NCBI GenBank assembly: GCA_964429795.1
Contig: CAYSCW010000009.1
Location: 12,756 to 76,755 of the forward strand
DNA from: an uncultured Eubacteriales bacterium
GTDB lineage: Bacteria; Acidobacteriota; Aminicenantia; Aminicenantales; Aminicenantaceae
Direction of reading: 5' to 3'
Length of the DNA: 64,000 nt
The number at the start of each line of letters is the position of its first letter. The first letter of the stretch is position 1. The notes beneath the pieces were generated by a model that was given only the letters and a program-made list of their open reading frames with translations, was not told where the DNA came from and did not search any database. The position numbers were made by a program, and so were the translations under genes. Of the stretch, positions 46,671 through 54,455 are shown piece after piece.

Positions 46671-47991
46671 AACGTGCGTACTCTCTGATGAAGGCCAGGC
46701 CGATCCTGCCAGTGGGGCCGTTTCTCTGTTTGGCTACGTTAATTTCAGCAATCCCTCTCAAAGATTCATCTTGAGGGCGATAAAGCTCTTTTCGATAGAT
46801 GAAGATGACCACATCGGCATCCTGCTCTATGGCCCCTGATTCTCTCAAATCCGAAAGTTGCGGGATGGGCTCTCGCCGCCCTTTCTCCGGAGCCCGGCTA
46901 AGCTGGGAGATCCCCACCACCGGAATCTGTAGTTCCTTGGATAGCTCCTTTAATGAGCGGGAGACGTAGGACATCTCTTGTGTCCTGTTTTCAAAACGTC
47001 CCCCCGCACGCATTAGTTGTATATAATCGACAAAGAGCAAATCGAGGCTCTGTTCCATCTTGAGCCTTCTTGCCTTGGCTTTCATCTCCATCACGGTCAA
47101 AGCGGCAGACTCATCTAAGAAGATCTTTGCTCGCGAGAGGGATTCAGCACTCAGTTTGAGCCTCTCGAATTCTCTGTCCCCGATAAAACCTGTTCTCACC
47201 TTTTTTATGTCCAACTGGGCCTCGGCACAGAGAAGCCGGATCACAATCTGTTCTTTGGCCATCTCCATAGAGAAAAAGCCCACAGAAAAGTCGGTCTTCA
47301 CTCCCACATAATGAGATATGTTCAGGCCCAGAGCCGTCTTTCCCATAGAAGGACGAGCAGCGATAACGACAAACTCGGAATTGTGGAAACCAGAAGTTAA
47401 ACTGTCCAAGTCACGAAACCCAGTAGGAATTCCAGTGACCGCTTCTTTCCGATCATGAAGAGCCCGAATCATCTCCAAAGCGGGCTCTGTCAGCATTCCC
47501 ACCTTGACAAATCCAGGCTTTATCCTCTGTTCCGCCACCTCTATGATGGCTGCCTGAGCTTCATCAAGAAGTTGATCGGCATCCTCTTTTTGTTCGTAAC
47601 TGGAGGAAATAATTTTTGCTGAAGAAAGGATCAAGCGCCGGAGGAGGGACTTCTCTTTAATGATCTGGGCATGATATTCTATGTTTAAGCTTTTGGGCAC
47701 CCCATCCATAAGGGAAGACAGATATGCGGCACCTCCCACTTCCTCAAGGGTCCCGGCCCTCTGTAGCTCTTCGCTCAAAGAGAGCAAATCCACAGGTATG
47801 CCTTTATCCACAAGAGTGATGATCTTCTCAAGGATCTTCCGGTTAGCCTCTTTATAGAAATCCTGAGGCGCAATGATGGAAAGAACCACATTGAGATTTC
47901 TATCATTAACCAGAATCCCGCCCAGAACTGTTTTTTCTGCCTCCGGGCTATGAGGAGGCGTCTTCTTGAGAAACATCAAATCGAGTTCCAT
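46636..47991 (-). CDS. dnaB: Replicative DNA helicase
   Basis: DnaB N-terminal domain plus RecA-fold with Walker A 'GARPSMGKTALGLN'; no intein. Confidence 0.9.
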   Translation of the reverse strand: MELDLMFLKKTPPHSPEAEKTVLGGILVNDRNLNVVLSIIAPQDFYKEANRKILEKIITLVDKGIPVDLLSLSEELQRAGTLEEVGGAAYLSSLMDGVPKSLNIEYHAQIIKEKSLLRRLILSSAKIISSSYEQKEDADQLLDEAQAAIIEVAEQRIKPGFVKVGMLTEPALEMIRALHDRKEAVTGIPTGFRDLDSLTSGFHNSEFVVIAARPSMGKTALGLNISHYVGVKTDFSVGFFSMEMAKEQIVIRLLCAEAQLDIKKVRTGFIGDREFERLKLSAESLSRAKIFLDESAALTVMEMKAKARRLKMEQSLDLLFVDYIQLMRAGGRFENRTQEMSYVSRSLKELSKELQIPVVGISQLSRAPEKGRREPIPQLSDLRESGAIEQDADVVIFIYRKELYRPQDESLRGIAEINVAKQRNGPTGRIGLAFIREYARFADMEYRSFEA

Positions 47992-48024
47992 GTTCCCTTC
48001 CTATATCCAAAAAATAGATTCGAC

Positions 48025-48699
48025 CTATTTTGGCTTTTCTTCGCCCCTCTCTATCTTTTCTTCCTCGGTTTCCTTTTCCTCTTTTTTCCTCTTCTTCTTT
48101 TTCTCGACTTTGACCTCTTCAATTACCTGCGGCCTTTCCTCCTCTTTTCTCTCAGCACTCTCCTCTGGTTCCTCTCCAGCAACTTTTTCTCCCTTCTCCT
48201 CTGCAAGCTCCTTCTTCTCCTCCACAGGAGGGGCTTTTTTCTCTTTGGCGGAATCTTCTTCGCTGAGGACTTCTATCTTCACCTCTGCCTTTTCATCATG
48301 AAAGACTTTGATGGGGACAGTGTAATTACCCAATCTTTTGATTGGTTCTTCTAGCAGAATCTTCTTCTTGTCAACCTCCATCCCTCTCTCAGCCAAGACC
48401 TCTCTAATGTCTGCAGCGCTCACTGAGCCAAAAATAACATCTTTTTCCGCTGTTTTTCTGACGAAGGTCAATCGCGTCTGGTTAAGTTTTTCGATAATCG
48501 TCTGATGTGATATCCTCTCCAGTTCGTATTTTTTTCTCAACGCCTGCTGTTCCATCTCTATCATTTTCATGTTGGAGGGCGTAACCTGAAGAGCCAGTCT
48601 TTTTGGAATGAGATAATTCCTCCCGTATCCTGCTGCAATGTCGACTATGTCGCCCTTTTTCCCTAAATTCTCGATGTTTTCTCTCAGAATAACTCTCAT
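48025..48699 (-). CDS. rplI: 50S ribosomal protein L9 with a ~75-aa E/K-rich C-terminal extension
   Basis: Canonical L9 (MRVILRENIENLGKKGDIV…) followed by a low-complexity acidic/basic tail. Confidence 0.85.
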   Translation of the reverse strand: MRVILRENIENLGKKGDIVDIAAGYGRNYLIPKRLALQVTPSNMKMIEMEQQALRKKYELERISHQTIIEKLNQTRLTFVRKTAEKDVIFGSVSAADIREVLAERGMEVDKKKILLEEPIKRLGNYTVPIKVFHDEKAEVKIEVLSEEDSAKEKKAPPVEEKKELAEEKGEKVAGEEPEESAERKEEERPQVIEEVKVEKKKKRKKEEKETEEEKIERGEEKPK

Positions 48700-48727
48700 C
48701 TTCCTTCTCCGCTCGGAGACAAAAATC

Positions 48728-48985
48728 TCAGTCCGCGATGAAAGGAAGCAAGGCCAGTAACCGCGCTTTCTTTATCGCTGTGGAAAGCTTTCTCTGATGG
48801 AAGGCACAGGTCCCGGTCATTCGCCGTGGCGCTATCTTCCCCCTGTCTGCCACATACCTCTTCAGAATATCCACATTCTTGTAGTCGATTTCCTTTACAT
48901 TTCTCTCACAAAACCGACAGGTTTTTTTCCTGGGCGGAAAGTACCTCCGGGCTGTAGTCCTCTCGCTTCTCTGTTCTTTAGCCAT
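48728..48985 (-). CDS. rpsR: 30S ribosomal protein S18
   Basis: '…[15 protein letters not shown]…[12 protein letters not shown]…GKI…RR.TG…[13 protein letters not shown]' S18 signature. Confidence 0.9.
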   Translation of the reverse strand: MAKEQRSERTTARRYFPPRKKTCRFCERNVKEIDYKNVDILKRYVADRGKIAPRRMTGTCAFHQRKLSTAIKKARLLALLPFIAD

Positions 48986-48988
48986 TGC

Positions 48989-49396
48989 CTATTCCTCCTT
49001 AGCTTCTTTATCCGAAGAGGATTCTCTTTGTGCTGCCCAGTCTTCTCCTCTTGCAGGAGCCTCTTCTTCCTTTGGGGTGGGCTTCGTCTTCTTCCTCCGG
49101 ATATTCTCTCTGGTTTCCTTCCTAACAGTCAAGTAACGGATGACTGTATCAGCCTGTTTGAACCGCCTTTCTAGCTCTGCAGGAATTTCTGATTCACCTT
49201 CATAGCGAAACAGAACATAAAAGGCTTCCTCAAACTTGCTGATGGAATAGGCGAGTTTTTTCTTCCCCCATTCTTCTTTATTGACCATCTTGCCCTTTTT
49301 CTTGGCGATGACATCTGCCATCTGAGTGATGAGGCCTTTTGCTTCTTCTTCAGTGAGGTTGGGGGAAATCAGAAAAACTGTTTCGTACTCTCTCAT
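48989..49396 (-). CDS. rpsF: 30S ribosomal protein S6 with a charged C-terminal tail
   Basis: 'MREYETVFLISPNLTEEE…' S6 fold plus a ~35-aa tail; rpsR follows directly with no ssb between. Confidence 0.85.
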   Translation of the reverse strand: MREYETVFLISPNLTEEEAKGLITQMADVIAKKKGKMVNKEEWGKKKLAYSISKFEEAFYVLFRYEGESEIPAELERRFKQADTVIRYLTVRKETRENIRRKKTKPTPKEEEAPARGEDWAAQRESSSDKEAKEE

Positions 49397-49497
49397 CTTA
49401 ACCTCCTTATGGATTCAAGCTCCTTCTCCAAAGAGAAGGAACAAGGAGTTCCCTCATAAAAAGGAGGAACACCTTTCTGTATAGAGATACTCTTTAT

Positions 49498-50100
49498 TCA
49501 ATGGAGAGCAGACTCTGAAGAAGCCTGTCTCCCTCTCCTTTTTCTATTATACATATTCATGGCTTTCTCTGTCTCGCCAGAAATAACAAGGTCGAGAGCC
49601 TCTCGGGCAAGCTTTAAACTCTGCTCAAGAAAAGGGCCCTCTTCTTTATGAAAAGTGGAAAGGACAAAATCAACCATATCCTCAGCAGAATCTGCAGATC
49701 CTATTCCGATCCTTATCCTGGGGAATTGCGTAGTTTGAATCTCTTCTATGATAGAGGCCACTCCTTTATGGTTTCCTGCTCCACCCTCTTTTCTGACCCT
49801 TATTTCTCCCAATGGAATATCCAGATCATCATAGACAACCACCACGTTCTCCGGTCTCACTCCCCCTTCTTTGATTATACTCTTGACTGCGATGCCGCTC
49901 TGGTTCATATAAGTCTGCGGCATAGCTAGAAGTACTCTTTCCTTGCCTCTCTCGACAACACAAGTTTTGGAGCGAAAACTTCTCTTCTTCAAAAGAACCT
50001 TCCAATCCTTAGCCAGGTTTCGCACAAAAAGGAATCCTACATTGTGCCGAGTTCTGGAATAGTGCTTTCCTGGATTTCCCAGTCCAACAACAGCCCACAC
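49498..50100 (-). CDS. pth: Peptidyl-tRNA hydrolase
   Basis: 'VVGLGNPGKHYSRTRHNVGF' Pth signature. Confidence 0.9.
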   Translation of the reverse strand: MWAVVGLGNPGKHYSRTRHNVGFLFVRNLAKDWKVLLKKRSFRSKTCVVERGKERVLLAMPQTYMNQSGIAVKSIIKEGGVRPENVVVVYDDLDIPLGEIRVRKEGGAGNHKGVASIIEEIQTTQFPRIRIGIGSADSAEDMVDFVLSTFHKEEGPFLEQSLKLAREALDLVISGETEKAMNMYNRKRRGRQASSESALH

Positions 50101-50103
50101 ATA

Positions 50104-50790
50104 TCACTCCTTCTTCTTTTCTTCCTGTTCTTCTTTCTTCTCTTCCGCCTCTTCAGCCCTCTCCTTCTTGATGACTTCGGGTTCCTCTTCCTCGCCGATG
50201 ATTTCTTCTTTCTCCTCTTCCACAACCTCTTCTTCTGCTTGTGGTGGTTCGATATGGACGATCACAGTATTGGGATCGGCTAAGATCTCCACTCCCTCAG
50301 GCGGGCTAAGATCTTCGATTTTCAAAGATTGGTTAAGATGAAGACCGCTTATGTCGATTGCGATGTGTTCAGGGATATCCTTGGGGAGACATTCTATCTC
50401 CACCTCTCGAGTGACCACATCTACAAATCCTCCTTCTGTTTTAACCCCGATCGCTTCCCCCTCAAAAAGGAGAGGCACAGAAACTTCAATCACCTTATCC
50501 ATGGCAATTTGGATGAAATCTGTGTGCAGTATTTCATCCGAGACAGGATCCCTTTGGATCTCTTTGATCATAGCGTCTGTTGTCCCGGAATCGAAAGAAA
50601 CCTTGAATATGGTATTTTCTCCAGATTCAGATTTTAAAATCTTGAACAGATCTTTCTTCTCTATGATTAGGGGAACAGTATCAGTATCCGCTCCGTAGAG
50701 AATAACGGGAATTCTTCCTTCTTTTCTCAAGCGTCTGGCTGCATTCTTTCCGAAAACTTCCCTCTTCTCAGCCTTGATGCTTATATTCAT
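50104..50790 (-). CDS. rplY: 50S ribosomal protein L25 / general stress protein Ctc, with an acidic C-terminal tail
   Basis: 'MNISIKAEKREVFGKNAARRLRKEGRIPVILYG' L25 N-domain, Ctc-type C-domain, E-rich tail. Confidence 0.85.
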   Translation of the reverse strand: MNISIKAEKREVFGKNAARRLRKEGRIPVILYGADTDTVPLIIEKKDLFKILKSESGENTIFKVSFDSGTTDAMIKEIQRDPVSDEILHTDFIQIAMDKVIEVSVPLLFEGEAIGVKTEGGFVDVVTREVEIECLPKDIPEHIAIDISGLHLNQSLKIEDLSPPEGVEILADPNTVIVHIEPPQAEEEVVEEEKEEIIGEEEEPEVIKKERAEEAEEKKEEQEEKKKE

Positions 50791-50803
50791 GATCTCTTCC
50801 TCC

Positions 50804-51751
50804 TTACATGAATAAAGAGCTTACGGATTGTCCTTCGTGAATCCTCCTTATGGCCTCTCCAAATAGAGATGCCACTGAGAGAAGAACAATCTTTTGACAC
50901 TGGCTGACATTCTCTCTCAAAGGAATGGTGTTGGTCAGAATCAATTTTTCTATCTCTGAGTCTTCAATCCTATCCACTGCACTACCAGATAAAACTGCAT
51001 GGGTACAGGCTGCAAGTACCTTTCCTGCGCCAGCTTTTTTCAAGGCTTCGACGCTATTCACCAGTGTACCTCCTGTATCCACAATATCATCCAGAATGAC
51101 TGCGTCACAACCCTTTACTTCGCCGATGACATGAAGCACTCGGGCAACATTTGGAGCTGGCCTGCGCTTATCGATGATAGCAAGTCTTGCTTCAATCCTC
51201 TTGGCAAACATCCTTGCTCTTCCTACTCCCCCCGCATCAGGAGAAATAACCGTCAACTCTTTCAGGGCGAGACTCTGGATATGATTGGCCAGCACAGGGG
51301 CTGCTACCAAATTATCGACCGGGATGGAAAAAAACCCTTGTATTTGGGGCGAATGCAGATCCATGGTTAATACCCTGTCTGCTCCTGATGCTTCCAAGAG
51401 ATCGGCAACCAGCCGAGCAGATATGGGAACACGAGGCCTATCCTTCCAATCTTGACGCGCATAGCAATAATAGGGAATAACTGCGGTGATCCTTCCGGCA
51501 GAAGCCCGCTTGAAAGCATCGATCATGAGGAAAAGTTCCATCATATGAAAATTTGCGTTGAACGAGCCGGATTGGATCACAAAAACATCTTCACCCCGGA
51601 CATTCTCATCGATATAAAAATGAATCTCTCCATCGCTGAACCGCTCCAAGACACATTTTCCTAGATCGATTTTTAAGTAGCTAGCAATTTCTCCAGCCAA
51701 AGCCTTGTTCGATGATCCTGAAAAAATTTTCATTCTTCCGTCCTCATTCAA
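50804..51751 (-). CDS. prs: Ribose-phosphate pyrophosphokinase
   Basis: PRPP synthetase motifs (…DLHSPQIQGFF… and the PRPP-binding loop DDIVDTGGTL). Confidence 0.9.
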   Translation of the reverse strand: MNEDGRMKIFSGSSNKALAGEIASYLKIDLGKCVLERFSDGEIHFYIDENVRGEDVFVIQSGSFNANFHMMELFLMIDAFKRASAGRITAVIPYYCYARQDWKDRPRVPISARLVADLLEASGADRVLTMDLHSPQIQGFFSIPVDNLVAAPVLANHIQSLALKELTVISPDAGGVGRARMFAKRIEARLAIIDKRRPAPNVARVLHVIGEVKGCDAVILDDIVDTGGTLVNSVEALKKAGAGKVLAACTHAVLSGSAVDRIEDSEIEKLILTNTIPLRENVSQCQKIVLLSVASLFGEAIRRIHEGQSVSSLFM

Positions 51752-51803
51752 TCGTTCTCCTCCCCCTTACCTCAAGGGAAAGATAAGCTTTTTTTGTTGT
51801 CTC

Positions 51804-51878
51804 GTGGCTGGGGTGGGAGGATTCGAACCTCCGAATGGCGGATCCAAAGTCCGCTGCCTTACCGCTTGGCTACACCCC
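51804..51878 (-). tRNA. tRNA-Gln (anticodon UUG)
   Basis: Minus-strand sequence TGGGGTGTAGCCAAGCGGTAAGGCAGCGGACTTTGGATCCGCCATTCGGAGGTTCGAATCCTCCCACCCCAGCCA. Cloverleaf with TTG anticodon and encoded CCA; closely resembles E. coli tRNA-Gln. Confidence 0.9.
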
Positions 51879-52739
51879 AGCTTTTAACTCTTTCCAATAG
51901 CGACCTCGCGGTACGGTCTCCACTAAAAATGCGGGGTTATCCCTTATCAGTTCTTTGGCTACCTTTTCGGCTCTCTCCACCCCAGGGAAAAGGCCAAAAA
52001 CAGCAGATCCTGTTCCGCTGATCAATGACAGCTCTGATCCTTGACTCTGGAAAAGGTTCTTGATGACTTTTAATTGAGGATGTAAAGTAAAAACTGTTTC
52101 TTCTAAACTGTTTTCCAGTAAGTCAAATTCTCGCCGCTCTAAAAACCTGATAATTTTACTTTCTTTAAGTGTGGAAGTCAAGGAAGGCTGATAGCGCTGA
52201 TATACGGTGGCTGTGGGTATGGAGATGGGAGGCAAGATCAGGACACAAAAAAGGGGTTCCAGATCAGGAAGGACCGTTATTTCATCTCCCCGTCCTAATC
52301 CCAAACAAAGACCTCCTTCAAGAAAATAAGGGACATCTGCTCCAATCTCTTTGCCTAGAGCCATTAAGTCTTTCTTATCCAAACAAAGTTCCCACATCCT
52401 GTTCAAAGCAAAGAGTGTCATGGCGGCGTTTGAACTTCCGCCGCCCAATCCTCTCCCAGCAGGCACCCGTTTTGTCACCTCGATCTTTACTCCTCGAGAC
52501 CGAATGTACTTCTCCTTTAGAAGGCTGGCCGCTTTGAAAATAAGATTGTTTTTACTCCAAGGAATGGAAGGATCATCTCCATCTAAAAGAATATCATCAG
52601 AGCGGATTTTGATGAACTCAAGGTCATCATACAGATTGATGCTCTGGAAAAGAGTCCTAATTTCATGGTAGCCGTCTTTTCTCTTTCTCAGGACCTCTAA
52701 TCCAAGGTTGACCTTGGCGAAGGATCGAATTCTCATCAT
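51870..52739 (-). CDS. ispE: 4-diphosphocytidyl-2-C-methyl-D-erythritol kinase
   Basis: GHMP-kinase motifs (…PAGRGLGGGSSNAAMTL…). The TAG stop lies inside the first 9 nt of the tRNA-Gln. Confidence 0.9.
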   Translation of the reverse strand: MMRIRSFAKVNLGLEVLRKRKDGYHEIRTLFQSINLYDDLEFIKIRSDDILLDGDDPSIPWSKNNLIFKAASLLKEKYIRSRGVKIEVTKRVPAGRGLGGGSSNAAMTLFALNRMWELCLDKKDLMALGKEIGADVPYFLEGGLCLGLGRGDEITVLPDLEPLFCVLILPPISIPTATVYQRYQPSLTSTLKESKIIRFLERREFDLLENSLEETVFTLHPQLKVIKNLFQSQGSELSLISGTGSAVFGLFPGVERAEKVAKELIRDNPAFLVETVPRGRYWKELKAGV

Positions 52740-53419
52740 CTCCTCTCGTTCATCATTTCCTCAATTTCCTCCCAAGTCTTGAGCTGGTAATTCTTCAAGA
52801 AGTGCAAAGAAAAAACCTCTTTTTTCACAGGGTTATTGAACCTGAGTTGGAGGATGGTGATCCGTCCTTGACTTGAAGGATGATGAAAGGCAAGCCGACG
52901 GACCACGCCTGTGTTCTTGAAGAATTCTATAACCTCAAACTCAAGATCTCCCCGGTGCCCTCTCTTTATCCTTCCTGCTTGGTCCTTCTCAAGAAACCAT
53001 TCTTCTCGTCCATAATCACTGCTCTTCTCTTCCTGCTCCTTCCATTGTCCGCTTAGGATGCTCACCAGCTCATGGAGCTTCAACTCAAATCCAAGGAATC
53101 TATCGATAATCTCGCCCTCTTCTCCTCGCCAATAGACCTTCTTGGATGGAACGAGAAAGAAAGACTCTTCTTCCTGGATGACGATCTGATAAAGAGTCTT
53201 GCCTAAGATACTTGAGACATCGATGCGGCCCTGATTGGGGAGCTGAAAAAGGAAAGAAAACTTTGACTTCGCTGTACCCTGTTCGTTGCTTGTCCTCAAA
53301 GAGGCATAGCCCTCCATTCTTTTTATCTCGGAGGGCGGTGGGGATATCCTGACTTGGGGGATAGTGCAGCTTAGGCTCCAGAACAAGGCCGCCAGAATCA
53401 ACAGCCAAGGCTTCTGCAA
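52736..53419 (-). CDS. Lipoprotein, LolB-like (DUF4292-type) by position and features
   Basis: Signal peptide with lipobox (…WSLSC); 227 aa; sits immediately upstream of ispE as lolB does in the lolB-ispE-prs arrangement. Confidence 0.35.
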   Translation of the reverse strand: MQKPWLLILAALFWSLSCTIPQVRISPPPSEIKRMEGYASLRTSNEQGTAKSKFSFLFQLPNQGRIDVSSILGKTLYQIVIQEEESFFLVPSKKVYWRGEEGEIIDRFLGFELKLHELVSILSGQWKEQEEKSSDYGREEWFLEKDQAGRIKRGHRGDLEFEVIEFFKNTGVVRRLAFHHPSSQGRITILQLRFNNPVKKEVFSLHFLKNYQLKTWEEIEEMMNERR

Positions 53420-53451
53420 CCCCGATCTCCTCCTCAGGCCCGCATTAGTAT

Positions 53452-53778
53452 TTAATGCTGTCGGCGCTTGTCCTCTTGTCCTTCGGAAGGGGACTGTTCT
53501 TTATCGTCCATGAGCCTAAACCCATAATCTTCTGTCTTTATGGGCTTCTTCTCCTCCTTTTGCTCCTTTCTTTCCCTTGCGGATTCTTCAGATTTCACCT
53601 GATCAACGAGGTGAAAACCGTAGTCTTGGGCTTTGATCCTCCTTTTCTTTTTCTTGCGAAAGTAAGGATAGAAGGGAGACTTGATTGTTCTTCCAAAGCA
53701 GGAAAGGTTAGGGTTAAAGATCAGAAGAAGGACAAAAAGGCCAAAGAGAATTAAAATTGCATAAAACCCAAAGCTCAT
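53452..53778 (-). CDS. Small membrane protein with an internal tandem repeat
   Basis: N-terminal TM helix; repeated IKAQDYGFHLVDQ / IKTEDYGFRLMDD units in a charged tail. Confidence 0.4.
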   Translation of the reverse strand: MSFGFYAILILFGLFVLLLIFNPNLSCFGRTIKSPFYPYFRKKKKRRIKAQDYGFHLVDQVKSEESARERKEQKEEKKPIKTEDYGFRLMDDKEQSPSEGQEDKRRQH

Positions 53779-54455
53779 TTTATTCTCTATATATAGTCAT
53801 CCCTTCCTGTAGCTTTAAAGCAGGAATTTTCCTCTTCAGTACTCAAAGTTCATTATATGTCCACGGTTGAGACTAGTCAAATACGGGGGACCTTCAGATT
53901 TCAAAAAGGGTGAAAGAATGAGAAGAAAAAATGAATAATAACTTTCTGCTACTCGGGGAACCCGCGTTTAGGGTTTTTCCTCCGATTCCTCTTGGAAATT
54001 GGGTATCCTTGATTTTATTTTTTCCTCGCCTAAATAAAAACCAATAAGGAACGCCGAGGAGGCCACGAGAATAGCCAGAAGCGACTTCAATATGTTCTTC
54101 ATTTGTGTTTAGATTTTCAATCAATTTGAAAAAAATGTCAACAGGTAGATAGCATCTTCATTTCTGCGATAGCTAATGATGAGAGATATAATCAGTCACA
54201 GCGCCGGTTCCCTTCCATCCTCGCCAAAGACCCTCCCACCCTCCACTATGGGCTTCGGATGGACAGAAACCGGCACTGTACTACCTGACTGGCTGAAATA
54301 TTCTCATTCATCACGGAGAAGGAGAAGCTTCCCGACAAGTAAGCCTGACTATTCCTATTAGAGGAAAAGGTTTTTAGGAAATTACAGGATTGAATTTGAT
54401 TTTTGCCCCTTTTCCGTATATATTTTTTTTATCAACACCATTAAGGAAAAAACCA

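Noticed and set aside
47950-48354. Plus-strand ORFs of 134 aa and 111 aa, F/L/S-rich
   Set aside because: They are the reverse strand of the GAA/GAG-rich DNA encoding the E/K tail of ribosomal protein L9. The same applies to 50044-50283 opposite the L25 tail.
48040-50230. Repetitive GAA/GAG/AAG-rich DNA that could be mistaken for a repeat array
   Set aside because: There is no regular repeat-spacer periodicity. The tracts are in-frame coding tails of rplI, rpsF and rplY.
53894-54124. 76-aa minus-strand ORF in the 610-bp gap before the Memo-AMMECR1 gene; an alternative 44-aa frame (MKNILKSLLAILVASSAFLIGFYLGEEK…) was also noted
   Set aside because: No convincing RBS in either frame and no known domain. 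This is more likely a promoter or leader region. The 44-aa TM peptide is conceivable but unsupported.
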